Origin: Strigamia acuminata
Lineage: Eukaryota
Reading direction: 5' to 3'
DNA length: 64,000 nt
Assembly: GCA_949358305.1 (NCBI GenBank)
Contig: OX442314.1
Location: 26,350,001 to 26,414,000, forward strand
Below are positions 44,948 to 57,762 of this stretch, piece by piece. The notes beneath the pieces were generated by a model. That model was not told where the DNA came from and made no database searches. It saw nothing but the letters and a program-made list of their open reading frames with translations. A program made the position numbers and the translations under genes. Within the stretch, counting starts at the first letter, position 1. Every line of letters starts with the position of its first letter.

Positions 44948-46735
44948 TTTGTAGGAGTTTACAACTAACACCAGAGAACACTTGGCGAGCAATGCCGTGT
45001 GGCGACAACACTTTCTAATCTTTAATATTTTATACGCACGATGCATAGATATTAATATTCATGTATGTATGTATGTATGTGAATTAGTGGGTGTGTATGG
45101 ATAATATACACGCGTGTGAATATGTATATATCGACGATTATCAACCATAATTAATGTTATTCAACGAACTAATTCAAATTTGATTATATGTAATTTTAAT
45201 AATTACACTCCAGCACCTCATTTCACAAACAAATCAATTGTGCTTATACATAATTTATAAAAAAAAAATTAACTACAAAATTAATGTAATTCAACCACAA
45301 TCTAATTCTTACTAGAACCGAATGTGAATGCTTGGTCTTATAAAGTCTGCGCCCGATATCTTGAACTTGATACCAAATTCAAACACTGAATTTATATTTT
45401 TGCACACGTAAACTCAACATCCTAAAATGCACTTGACTGAATAGTGTCATTACCTGTTCCTTTTTTATGAAATTCATGTATTTGTATCTGTATTTGTAAG
45501 TGTATGCAGCGCAAGAGTGTATCTTCCAAATAAAAAATCGATTATGGAAGAAATTATCAATTCAATTTTAAGTGTTAGGTAGCATTTGAAACGTAGTTGA
45601 GTTGTCAGTGAGAAGGGAATATCCGATACTGTATATTAAATTTTCTAAAAATATTTTAAAAATGTAAATTTCGTAAAAAATAATTTAAAATGCAACTCAT
45701 ACAACCATATAATTTTGTTGCAAGTACAGACGTGCAGGATGCGCACGTATATAATTTTTATAATTAACTACCGGTATCGTATATATAAGCAAATCAATTT
45801 TGATTAAATTCAAGAAGAATAAACGGTACAACAAATTGGTATAATGTAATTCAACAACAACAAACAAAAGTTTGTTTCAGTATTCAATCAAGCACAGAAA
45901 ATTTTGGAATTTTGAATTTATAATTAATGACAACACTGTCTGCTCTTTACTAAACTCGGAAGTGCTCATCCTATACTTTTTCTCGGCGTTGTCGTGATCA
46001 AATACTTTTTTCCTCAGGGTGTCAACAAAAATATCTCTAACTTTTTTATATTTTGCTTAAGTTATTTCAAATTGCCACTAAATTGTAGCGTTTGGCTTGC
46101 CTTTTCAGTGAATAAAATGTTTTGTGAATAAATTATTACTTAGACTAAAAAAAATGATTTTGGGTTCAGATCAGATCAGCGTATGTGGTGGCTGACTGAA
46201 TACTTTTTGCCAGCGGTTGTAGACTCAATGGCTGGACCACTGTGCTGCTAATATGAAAACAAATGGCTTTGCAACCAGGTATTAAGATTTATAATTTGTG
46301 GTTTTCATTTTTTTAATGAAAAGATCTTGTTTTCACAATTTTTGTGAGTGGTCGAAATATTTTTGAACCCCAACAAACTGATTTTTTTGGAATGAAATTG
46401 GCCGAGATAAGTATCTCGGCCAAATAAACGATAAATAAATAAAACAAACAGAAAATATATTAAGGAGAACGTTCACATTAAACAACTAGTAAACATACTA
46501 ATACCGTTAAACATTAGATCACTTATAACTAATAAAACGGTATGAATTAATCAATGATCGAACACTTATATAAAACCCAACAAATAATGAGGCAAAAATA
46601 TTCCTCTCTTAAGAAATATTCCTATATTCTTACCAGAGGAAATCATTTTCGTGCAGATGAATTCCTCTGGAATGACGACAGACCATGAATCCATTGTATT
46701 TTATAATTTATGAATTAAAAAAGAAAGGGCATAAA

Positions 46736-47398
46736 TTAAAACCCCACTAAAGTGCCTTGGAATCCCACTAAAAAAAACTAAATCTAACACTGACTGGTTT
46801 TTCCACTATCGGTACTTTTTTGTCCCACTAATTCAACTAAGCCAAAAAACTATTTTTTCCACTAAAAATATTTATTTAAACCCGACTTATTTTTCCACTA
46901 AAAAAACTTATTACACCCACTTTTTCCCCTGTGATGAAATGAAGGCCCGGCATCTCGACGGGGAGTCCGAGGTCTTGTTGGGACTGGGTCCCGACACGGG
47001 ACTAGGACTGAGGACTTAGCGGGGACTCGGTTGCGAGGGGCATCGAGGTCTTGTTGGGTCCCGACACGTGACTAGAACTGGGGACTTGGCGGGGACTCGC
47101 TTGCAGGAGCGGGCGACTGTTGGAGGGCTCGTAGACCATGTGGGGGGATGGTTGGTCGTCCTCTTTGCCCGCTGAGACGGACTTGAGGTGCAAAGCGTTC
47201 GCAAAACTATCTTACCAAAGTAGTAATAGTAGTGGTAAAATCAGTTTTTTCTTGCCAATTTAATTTTAGTAGAAAAAAATAGTTTTTTTTGGCTTAGCTA
47301 AATTAGTGGGACAAAAAAGTACCGTTAGTGGAAAAATCAGTCAGTGTAAGATGTAGTTTTTTTTAAGTGGAAATCGAAAGAAATTTAGTGGGGTTTTA
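46736..47398. mobile_element. Degenerate fold-back / non-autonomous TIR element
   Basis: ~160-bp imperfect inverted arms with CCACTA/TAGTGG subrepeats (GGTACTTTTTTGTCCCACTAATT versus AATTAGTGGGACAAAAAAGTACC) around a GC-rich core with a ~76-bp direct duplication. Confidence 0.7.
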
Positions 47399-47862
47399 AA
47401 TGGGACCCAAAAAGAAAGTTAGTATCATTGATACGATATGGTTGAATATTTGTTTTATTATTTGTTGTAATATTCGTACATTATGTGAAGGTTGTGAGGA
47501 CATTTTCTATCCTACAATTTTTATATTTTACATAGATTTTGTAGCACATATTCATTAAATATTGATATAATTAATGCCCAAAAGGAAATACTAATTAATG
47601 CTTACCAGTAAATTGGATTAGAGTACAGTATGATGATTATCTTAAGTATGATATAAAACTAAAATACCGGTAGTGCAAGTAAATGTGAATTTATGAATAG
47701 AATTCAAATAGAATTACAATTACCATAAGCATAAAACTTCTCAATTGTAATCATGGAATGTTGAATTAATTTTATTTTTATTAATCTATTAATTATGTAA
47801 TTTATTAGCACATTTAATAATCCATTAAATATTGCATTTAGAATTCTATTCTAAGTGTATTT

Positions 47863-48006
47863 ATTATTGTAATTCCTATTCTATTTATTATTGAATTCCC
47901 TGTTACATTTATTATTGCATTTCCTATTCTATTTATTATTGCATTTCCTATTCTATTTGTTATTGCATTTCCTATTCTATTTGTTATTGCATTTCCTATT
48001 CTATTT
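47863..48006 (+). repeat. 24-bp minisatellite
   Basis: RTTATTGCATTTCCTATTCTATTT, about six copies, followed by 12-bp AATAATCTATTC-like repeats to ~48112. Confidence 0.85.
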
Positions 48007-49632
48007 ATAAATAAACAATAATTTAATAAATTTATCCATTTAACAATCTATTCAATAATCTATTCAATAATCTAATCAGTAATCTATTTAATAATCTAAT
48101 TAATAATCTATTAGGTTTAATGCATGATTAATCAGCCACCTAAAGCACTACTCCTGGTGGAAAAAATGGGACAGTTTATTACATGGAAACACTAGTTAAT
48201 TAAAAGAGTTATAATATTTGAACGCTAAAATCAAATTGCAGGTCTTACACGAATGTCCTGTGATTTATCTTACTTCTAAATGGGCAGTACCTTTAAGAGT
48301 AAGATTATTTTTTGAAACAATTAATTAGATTTAAGTAAAGAACTTGGATTATTTCGGGTATTGCAAATAGAGACAACCCAAGCATCAAACCAAACCCATT
48401 TCCCACATCACAAAAAAGAGCATTAAGGCTGTACGATGAAATTTCTTCAAACTTCTCTACCATGTTATTCATTCCGGTAATACCAAGTATCTCGGTTATC
48501 CATGTTCCAGGCTCTTGAAAATAAACGTCTGTTGTGACAACGCTTTCTTTGCATGAAGGTTGGCAGTGACAGACTTCCATTTTGTTTATATTCATAGAAA
48601 TGTTAATAAATGTTGCCACAACTTGTTTAGCTTCAGAGGCTGTTTTGCATGGATTTGTGAGATTGTCATCAGTAAGAGGTACACTAGTAGTAAAAAAAAA
48701 TCTAAAATAGACAAGTTGAAATAAAAATATAACTCTTATCATAGAATTCCAGTTTAAAAATCCACTGTTGCTTCTGTCTGCAGTCCAAAACTACAATAGT
48801 TTGCAAGTGGTTTAACGAATCTCTTCTATATAGGTGGAAAATAAATGGTCTTGTAAGTTATACCTGCATTTGATTGATTCAAGTAGTTTCTTCTTGAAAC
48901 AACTGTCCTTGCATTGCTTGTGCTCCTCCATTCCAACACAAGGATTTGATTTTGTTTTCAATGATGTTTTCTGCAGTGAATTGTTTTTAAAAATACATGA
49001 AATATTAAAGTCAATCAAATGTTGTTGTAAAGCCACTGATGACACTTAATGGGCATGCAAATCTGAAAATCTTTATATTATTTTAAACTTTAGGAAACTG
49101 ATCAACTAAATTGGGTCAGTGCCCAGTGTACCCATGTGACAACATGCCACTGGTTGAAATGGGCAAAAAGTAAAATTCAGGTTTATATCAAATTTTTGCA
49201 TTTTGGGTATACTGTACTTCAAAAAATGAAAATCGGAGGACTGAAACAGCAGTCTGTAGAATGTTTCGTTTACTCGTAAGAATAGAATATTTTTCAGCTC
49301 CTGGCGGACGAACGTACAACTACAGAAAAAATGAAAATGAAATGAATTAGGATAACGATAAGACAAAGACAAAGATTTAGGCCTCAAAGTGCAAACGTGC
49401 TATAAAAAAAAACCCATACAAAAGATTTTTAAACACAACACATGCATGAGGAATTACAGGAAGTGAGTTACCTGAAATAATCCATCGGTGCAATTGAGGC
49501 GCACAGGTTTTTTAAGAATAAGGAAAAATGTTGATGTAGTTCCGGCATATTTCATTCGTTCTGTAATCAAAGCATTCGTAACTTCAAACTGGTTGATTGC
49601 TAGCATAACTATTATTCTGATTGGGTATACTA

Positions 49633-49790
49633 GGTGCATTCAAAAAGTCTAAAACGTATGCAAAACGCGTTTTGTGTTTATACGTGACGTCATTCCCATT
49701 GAAATGTTATTCAATGTTATTCAATGAGAATGACATCACGTATAAACACGAAACGCGTTTTGCATACGTTTTAGACTTTTTGAATGCACC
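49633..49790. mobile_element. MITE, 158 bp, near-perfect fold-back
   Basis: GGTGCATTCAAAAAGTCTAAAACGTATGCAAAACGCGTTT at both ends in inverted orientation. TSD is TA, or ACT if termini are extended by 1 bp. Confidence 0.92.
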
Positions 49791-50119
49791 TACTGATTTC
49801 AATTTCCAAACATGTTCCTGAGTGCATGTAAATATCTCTATCCACGAAGGTTGATTCATTTTTCAGGAAACCCGATCCCTACGATCGAAAAAGCAAACAA
49901 TAACAATTATTCTTCCGGTATTTAAAACTGGTAAATGTTAAATTTGAAATTGCTTGTGCATGACAAGATAACAAAACAGTTAAACTGAAAATAAATTTAG
50001 CTATATATGGCACTGGATACCCACTCTATACTAATATTACATGAAAATCAAAACTATCCAGAAAGTTGCAGTAAAAGTAAGAAATTTCGTTGCATTTTTC
50101 TGGCAAAAATTCTGAAAGT

Positions 50120-51300
50120 TGTTGCGATCTCAAATGTTCGCTTCATTTGTGGTGAAATTGTTCTGCCACGTTGCTAAGATATTATTTATATTTTAACCAT
50201 AATTATTAGAATTGTGTTTTTTGCCGTGCACCTGTTGCGCTTTTGGGCAATTGGCCCAGAAGCTGTAACGGCTGCCCTGGTATTTTGAGCCCTGGATTGG
50301 GGCGTTGCTAAGTCAATCCCCAAATTTTGCACCGTTGCTAGGGCTGAAGCGTGCCTTGGCACACGCCACGCCTGCGCACTGGCCGTTTTCCGGCCATATT
50401 CCGAGCAATAATTCGAATTATTACTCACTCTTTGCATCACACTCATACTGTTCACACCGACACAGCTTTGTTCACTAACCAAAAACACTGTTTTGTCCGT
50501 GATCCGTGAGTCTTGCCAAGTTTCACCTCGATTTGTTTGAACCAACGTTCAAACGAATCACTTTCCGAGCCGCGAAGACGACGCACGACGGCCCAAACCA
50601 CCGTCGTTCCCGCCGCCGCCCGAAGACCAACGCGCCCACGCCGTTGAAGATCGACGCCAGCCAGCCGCCGAGGATTGCAGAGCCACCGTCGCCGCTCCTC
50701 GACCTGTTGACGACGATTCCGATTCAGATTGTAGCGGATCTCCAGTCAGGTTTTAACGATCGGCGGTACCCGCCGTTTGACTACTTGTCTTCAACGGAAA
50801 TCTCCCGTTGCAATCTAGGGTTTAACCTAAGATTTCCCGTATTGTCAGGCTTAACAGCCGGACCACTTTGTGAAGTCTTTCGGCTTCACGCTTCCTTTCC
50901 CACTTCGCAGAGTTTGCGCGGCGTCGAGTCGCCATTTCTGCATTGCTTTTTCCCGCCCGAAGGAGACCCGCGCTGTTTCGAGCACGTCGCCTTCTACGCC
51001 GACGATATTATCCTCATAGAACCCATCTTATTAACCATTTCATCAATCGAATCTGTAATTAACGCACAATAAATTGATTAACTGTTTGATTTAAAATAAC
51101 TAAACTAGCCTTTATTCAAGATCAAATCCCTAGACACCGAGTTAACGGCTAACCCACCCGATAGAAGACCTATAAACGGCATTCAACTGCTTTCCACAGG
51201 TGAACGCCGGGATCTCTTGCAAATTAGAAAATCCCATAGTGACTAAATATAAATTTAGTGTTGTTGTAAAAATTCAATTGGAACCGTCAGGAACGCGACA
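50120..51300 (+). repeat. 5' LTR
   Basis: TGTTGCG...GCGACA; matches 60639-61819 with four transitions seen by eye. Confidence 0.97.
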
Positions 51301-51302
51301 CT

Positions 51303-51320
51303 TGGGGGCCCGTCCGGGAT
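51303..51320 (+). promoter_or_regulatory. Primer-binding site, tRNA-Pro
   Basis: TGGGGGCCCGTCCGGGAT, one mismatch to the canonical tRNA-Pro PBS TGGGGGCTCGTCCGGGAT. Confidence 0.9.
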
Positions 51321-51391
51321 TTTCAATTGTTTAAAGTTAGAACTTATTCCTACTTTCCTATCATCTTTCTCTTTTATCTGTCTAATTCAAC

Positions 51392-53995
51392 ATGTCTAAC
51401 TGCGAAGGAGAAATTCCCATTGACGATGAAGGAGTTCAGACTCGCACGAAAACGAGCGCGAAGCGCCGTAGATCGGGTCGTCCTCGAACGGCACGTAATA
51501 GTCTAACGGCTCAACATTTAGCCGAAACTATTGACGCGGTTGCCGCCGAGGGTGCCACGACTAAGGAAGTTGGGACAGGCAGTGAAGAACGCGAAGAAGC
51601 GATTTCCGCTGGACCAACAAACTGGGGTGATTCTTCCATGGATTTGGACACCATCGAGATTCCTGATACGCAACCGGTGGGTTACAAGGAACTTCTGGAT
51701 CGAGCAATTCTCCAGGGGGCACAAGTGACCGATCAAATGACGATTATGGAGATTTATGAAGCAATGTCTAATCATGAAAGAAAACGCCTAGTCGATCACA
51801 TGAATGAGCAAATGGCCGCTGTTACTCGAAAAATGAATGTAGAGTCGCAGGCCAAGGAAGCTGCTGAAAAGTCGAATCAAGCTCTGCGAGAGATAAACGC
51901 TCAATACCGTCACAGTGAAGAAAAGCTGAAAAAACAATCGGATGAGCTGGAGCGCCAGCGCAGGGAATTCGATGCTCGAAAGAAACATTTGTCCAAAAAA
52001 GAGACTGAAGTCTTTAATAGGGAGCAGAAGATTGCCTGGGATTCCATAAAACGACAGGAATCATCTAATGAAGAACTTCGTAGACAAATGGCAGCCGCCG
52101 ACAAGAAAGCTCAAGAAACTGAAGATGAGCTACGGCGAGCCAACTTGCTGAAAGAACAGGAGGAATTTGAGGAGGAACAAGAACGAATACGTGTTGTTGA
52201 ATTCGCCTCACAACAGAAAGGTCCTGCCGCAAAAGTGAAAAAGAAAGTCGTGCGGCTAGGAGACTCTGCAAGTGACGAATCATCTCAATCATCAAGTGAA
52301 GATGAGCGACAGTTGCGCAAAAGAAAATGTTCCAATGCTGAGGGGCCTATATCAAAAAAGAACGGCGCTTCAGATGCCGAGATTTTCACAAATAGCGACA
52401 AACTCATGACAATGATGGATGAGAGAAATCGTATGAAAATACAGAATGATTCACATCGGTCCAACGATAATTATGACCGAAATAAAAGTCGAAATACGTC
52501 TCCAGATCCCGAAGATAATAATCAGGGGGATGATAGTCAGAACCATGACTACGTGCCTCCGCCAGGGGGATCGAAGGACGAATCCCTTTCGGAAGGCGAA
52601 AAATCTACTCGATCTGAGACGCGGAAAGAGCGAAAGAGTCGTTCAAGGACGAAATCGAGAAGATCTCAGTCAAGCGACGAACGTTATTACACCGCTGAAC
52701 AGATTGACGCAATGTTTCAAAAGCAAGCGCAGTCAGCAAGTCGAACCACACGGCTAGCAGAGTTGCGTAAATTCGACTTGAAGCGCAAAATTGCAAAATA
52801 CACCACTGATAAGTGGCGGCATAAAATTGCCGATGTGAAAACAATCCGATGGGATCGATTAGTCCCTGATCGTTTCAATGGAGAATTCCAAATGGGGTCA
52901 ACATTTTTGGAAGAAATTACCAGGATGGCTCGACTAAATGGTATAACACCTCAAGATACTCTGGAAAAGTTAGTCCCAAAATCATTGGTGGCACGCGCCG
53001 AAAATTGGTTCGTCGAACGTGAATTCGTGCACTGGAATCAATTCGTACAAGCATTCATGCGAGAGTACGCGGAACCTACTGAAGATATTTATCAGTTATG
53101 GGACAATTTAGCTCAATCAGCGGGAGAAGACATTCGTTCTTATCTGCGCCGAACTGAAGATTTGTTGTCGTCATTACCGACTCCGTCTACTGACCATGAT
53201 GTGGACCGAAAATTTCGGAAAGCTATGACACCATATTCCCGAAGTATTCTGCAAAACGTGGATGCGCCACCAGTTGGATCATTCAAGGAACTCTCACAAT
53301 TTTTAAGGGATAATGACCTAAGGATTGAAGAAAAATATAATGAATATCTGACTCCGGAGGAGACTGCGGCGATTAAGAAGCGGCAGTTACGCATTAAAGA
53401 ATATGTGAAAGAAGCTAGGCTTGGACAAGCTCCTTTAATGCAACCCCGAGATCGAGGGGATTACTTTGCAGAGAAGACGGATAAAAGTTTAAATACGGGA
53501 CCTCCAAATCCCCACAAATTACCCAAAAACTCTCGAGCTTACGCGAATCTTGCCGTGTCGGGAGACAACGCTGATACGGTGGAAGGAGACAGTGCAGGGC
53601 TGGATCCTTTATTTGAGAATGCTATTGTGTTACTCGCGAAGCATGTCACTGAGAATAAATTCAGACCAAAAATGGTTGGAAAAAACGTTACTTTTAATAC
53701 AGCAAACCTTAATACAGATGCTCGATCAAAATCACCTTTGCCGCTGCCCGTCAAGCCCGAAGCGATTCCGGATACTGACAAGGAATCGGCTACAGATAAA
53801 AAGGCCGTAGAACCTCGTTCAAAGTCGCCCACTTCAGGAGACAGTCCTAGGCGCAAGTCGCCGGAAACCGATCCGTGCCATAGATGTGGAAAGTTGGGGC
53901 ATTGGTCGAATCAGTGTCCTGATAGAAGTCCAGCAGCTGCCGAGATAGAAAGTCTTGTCAGCAAGTTGGGAGAAATGATTCGAAAAAACTTGTGA
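51392..53995 (+). CDS. Gag, 867 aa
   Basis: Long coiled-coil and low-complexity N-half, capsid-like RAENWF..WNQFVQAFMREY..QSAGEDIRSY, one CCHC knuckle CHRCGKLGHWSNQC. Confidence 0.9.
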   Translation: MSNCEGEIPIDDEGVQTRTKTSAKRRRSGRPRTARNSLTAQHLAETIDAVAAEGATTKEVGTGSEEREEAISAGPTNWGDSSMDLDTIEIPDTQPVGYKELLDRAILQGAQVTDQMTIMEIYEAMSNHERKRLVDHMNEQMAAVTRKMNVESQAKEAAEKSNQALREINAQYRHSEEKLKKQSDELERQRREFDARKKHLSKKETEVFNREQKIAWDSIKRQESSNEELRRQMAAADKKAQETEDELRRANLLKEQEEFEEEQERIRVVEFASQQKGPAAKVKKKVVRLGDSASDESSQSSSEDERQLRKRKCSNAEGPISKKNGASDAEIFTNSDKLMTMMDERNRMKIQNDSHRSNDNYDRNKSRNTSPDPEDNNQGDDSQNHDYVPPPGGSKDESLSEGEKSTRSETRKERKSRSRTKSRRSQSSDERYYTAEQIDAMFQKQAQSASRTTRLAELRKFDLKRKIAKYTTDKWRHKIADVKTIRWDRLVPDRFNGEFQMGSTFLEEITRMARLNGITPQDTLEKLVPKSLVARAENWFVEREFVHWNQFVQAFMREYAEPTEDIYQLWDNLAQSAGEDIRSYLRRTEDLLSSLPTPSTDHDVDRKFRKAMTPYSRSILQNVDAPPVGSFKELSQFLRDNDLRIEEKYNEYLTPEETAAIKKRQLRIKEYVKEARLGQAPLMQPRDRGDYFAEKTDKSLNTGPPNPHKLPKNSRAYANLAVSGDNADTVEGDSAGLDPLFENAIVLLAKHVTENKFRPKMVGKNVTFNTANLNTDARSKSPLPLPVKPEAIPDTDKESATDKKAVEPRSKSPTSGDSPRRKSPETDPCHRCGKLGHWSNQCPDRSPAAAEIESLVSKLGEMIRKNL

Positions 53996-54031
53996 GCGCG
54001 GGTTTGGCAGCGAACACGCTGAAACTCGCGC
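53983..54031 (+). promoter_or_regulatory. -1 ribosomal frameshift signal
   Basis: A_AAA_AAC in the gag frame (53983-53989), pol in the -1 frame, stem-loop GCGCGGGTTT..CAGCG-AACA-CGCTG..AAACTCGCGC starting 6 nt downstream. Confidence 0.85.
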
Positions 54032-57000
54032 CAGTTGCCTCGGAAACAATTAAGGAAGTTGGAATTGAAGTTTGTCCTAAAATTGAAGTAACCCAGGATT
54101 ATCGAGAATCATTAGATAAAAATTATGTAGACTACTGGGATATAGTAGATAAAAAACATTTGTTAGTAGCTCAGTTTAAACCATGTGACCTGAGATTTCC
54201 TAAAGTGGATATTACAAAACTTAACGAAGTTTTGGCCGAAAAAACGGCCGACAAGCGATACTTCCAATATCACGTTAGAAAAGCACTACAGTGCTATCCC
54301 AAACCAAGTAAAAATTGGATGGATAAACTTTGGGAAAAATTCCGTCCCAGGTCAAAAGAAGTCGATGAAATTGAAGAGATGACCAGAGCTATGGAAGAGG
54401 TCGTCCTATCATATAACGATGAAATGCACGAACTACCGATTGATTACCCTGCATTAGAGCATCGGATACGTAGAGTCACCTGTAATTTGAATATGGAGGA
54501 TTTTACGGGAATTCCAAAGATACAACTACAAACCATGAAAGGACCAATTACTGGGCTGTTAGATTCCGGAGCTAATCGTAGCTTTATGGCAGCATCAGTA
54601 ATGGAGAATTTGAAGCTGGAAAAAGAGCTTAAGTACATATCACCAGGTCTTTGTATAGGGACAGCTGGTAAAGACATTCGACCAGTTGGTACCCTGTTAC
54701 TGTCGTTTCGATGGACACATGGCGTACTGGTACACCCTTTCATAGTTATTGAACACCGCTTCCCGATGATATTGTTAGGGAATGATTTTATGAAACGGCT
54801 AAGCATACAGCCGAATCCAAAGACAATGTCTTGGAATTTTATTACTCCGATAACTGAAACTTTGCCATATATACCACAGTCTGTCTTGGATAGATACAAG
54901 ACAAAAATCGAGGAATTACCACTTGACAATGCTAGTTTTATATGTCATGATGAGATTCTAGCTGGAGCCGCTACTCTAAAAATAGGAGACGACATTACGA
55001 AGATGGTAAACGATGCTAATTTGACTTTAGAGCAAGGACTCTCACTAGCTGAAGTATTGCAGCGACGACAAAGAATTCTATCGAGAGTTCCAGGACGTAC
55101 CCACATTGTGCAGCATGATATCAAGCTGACAACTGATAAACCGATAAGGGTACCATTTAAAAGTTATAACCCACAAAAAAGGGAAATAATTAGGCAAATC
55201 TGCCAAGACATGGTCGACAAGGGGATTGCCGTGCCTGCGACTGGAGATTATGCCATGCGAATTGTTTTAGTGGTCAAACCAGGGGCCGAACCACGTCTCT
55301 GTGTAGATTACCGGCCATTAAACGAACATACAGAATATGATCCTCCTCAGATGCCGACGATCGAGGAAATTTTGAGAGAAATTGGTTCATTTGAGTGGGT
55401 CACCACAATCGACTTGACGAAAGGCTACTGGCAGATAGGCTTAACCCCATCTGCACAGCCGAAAACGGCTTTTTGGAGCCCTATAGGTCGCTTAATGTTT
55501 TTAGTTATGGCATTTGGACTAAAAAATGCGCCAACCAGCTTCCAGCGTTTAATCGAGAAGGTCCTCGACGAAATGTATAGGAGACAGGCATGGGCATACC
55601 TGGACGATATCATAACCGTCTCAAAAACATATGAAGAACACTTGATCAATGTCGACAAAATTCTAGAAAAATTAGAGCAAGCTAATTTATGTGTCAACCC
55701 CGGCAAATCAAAATTCTGTCGTAAGGAATTGATTTTCCTTGGGTATAAATTAGGAACCGGCGGACTCGCCGTTGATCCAAAAAAGATGGATGCAATCACG
55801 AAATTTCCAGCCCCAACTAATTTAAAAGAACTTCAACGCTTTCTGGGAATGGTTAACTTTTTTCATCGATTACTAAAAAATTTGTCTGTCATCGCGGAAC
55901 CACTGAGACCATTGCTGAAGAAAGATGCAGATTTTAATTGGCAACCCATTCATCAAGAGGCCTTCGAGCAGATCAAAAAGGCTCTCACCGATTCAGGAAC
56001 AATGGCCATGCCAGATCTGTATCAACCGTTTATAATTCACACGGACACCAGTCGACAAGGATTGGGTGCCGCGTTAATGCAAATCCAACCTGAGAAAGGT
56101 GGACAAGAAGAATTACCTTGTGTTTATTCGAGCCGTAGCTTGCAGCCGGCTGAAGTAAACTACACGGCCACTGAACTAGAATGTTTGGCCGTTGTTTGGG
56201 CATTGCGTAAATATCGACCTTATATTGAATTTACCAAGTTCACCAAGCCTTAAGGTGGCTGATGTCTCTAGAAGAGCCTGCAGGACGTTTGGCACGGTGG
56301 CAGCTCGAATTGATGGCTTATACGTTTGAAATCCAATATATTAAAGGACCATTGAATGTGTTGGCTGACGCGTTGTCCCGAGCTCCTGTCTGTACGCCCG
56401 AAGAGGACAACACTGAGGGTGAAGATGACGACTTGTTAGCGTACTGTCCTTCGCCTTATCGACATTGGAGGCTGGGGAGACCTAATCAGCTTCCCACGTC
56501 TGAGATCGTCGAAAACGAAAGAATAATTAATTTCTGGTCGCATGCTTACGATCCTCCGGAAACCGAATCTAAGGAGAAAATACATCTCATGATGACTCAA
56601 GAATTCGGATTTCCATCATCAAACGTCCTGGTGCATGCTTTTGCAGCTAATGTAGTGAAGAAATTAGAATGCGAGCCGCCTACAAGAGAAGAAATTATTG
56701 TTGGGCAAAAACAAGATAAAGAATGCCAAAAAATCCGAAATTTCCTGTTCAATGGCTGTTACCCTCCTGAACTTAAACACGCAATGAGTAAGAGACGTTT
56801 TAAACGAAAAGCGTCTGCTTATCTAATTGAAGAGGATTTACTTCTAAAATTCCACCCAACATTGACGGATGAGCTAGGAGAGAACGGAAGAGCGTTGAAA
56901 GTGGTTGTACCAGAAAATTTGGTTTATCGAGTCATCTGGACAGCTCATGGACACCCGTTGTCTGGGCATAGCGGCATTACTAGAACGGTGTATCGAGCTA

Positions 57001-57762
57001 GAAGAATCTACGCATGGCCGACGATGAAACGAGATATCACTCGCTTTATCAAACATTGTCAACGCTGCCAAGCTTGCAAGCCAAGGCAAAAATTAGAAAT
57101 TGAAGCAGCTCAAATGGGTCCTTATGCTCCCTTTGACTGTTTAAGTGCTGATCTCATGGGCCCAAAACCTAAAACTCCAAGGAGTAACACTCACATACTC
57201 GTAATAATCGATGTGGCTACCAAATGGCCGGAGATGCGGCCAATGTCGAAACCAACTTCAGCTAAAATAGCTGATTGTATTTATAATTTATCACTGCAAT
57301 TTGGCTTTCCACGCAAAATACTGTCTGATAATGGCTCACAATTTAGGTCACAAGTATATCAGAAGTTTTGCGAGAAATTTAAAATGTTGCCGGCCTATAC
57401 ATCGCCATATCATCCACAAGCTAATCCAGTGGAAAGAACCAACAGAGATATTAAATATTTAATTGCTTTATACACGGATGTTCACACCCGTTGGGATGAA
57501 TATTTACGAGAATTTGCCGTTAGTCTGCAAACTACAGTCGCAGCCGGAAGAGAATTCTCACCGGCTTATCTAAATTTCGGCAGAGAACTTAGAGTGCCGT
57601 GGGATCCGCGCTTGCCAGATGAAGTCCTTGTGGTGGATCCGAAAAACCCTCATTTACATTCATCAACTAGAAAAAGTGCTAGCAAGCACATATCAACATA
57701 TGATGTCACATGTATTCGACCTACAAAAACGAGTACAAGAGCACCAATTAGAAAAGAAGTAA
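53992..57762 (+). pseudogene. Pol (PR, RT, RNase H, IN), broken by frameshifts
   Basis: LLDSGA, YLDD, HTDTS, TELE. A deletion at ~56241 removes the VxTD of RNase H and shifts frame (FTKFT|HQALRWL). Integrase HHCC and ADL..SDNG..VER follow, with a likely second shift at ~57650. Confidence 0.9.

Noticed and set aside
46399..46423. Hairpin TGGCCGAGATA-AG-TATCTCGGCCA as a terminator
   Set aside because: Isolated short palindrome in eukaryotic intergenic DNA with no supporting context.
50506..51072. 188-aa ORF in both LTRs (also 61025-61591)
   Set aside because: GTG start, no domain, and the duplication simply follows from LTR identity.
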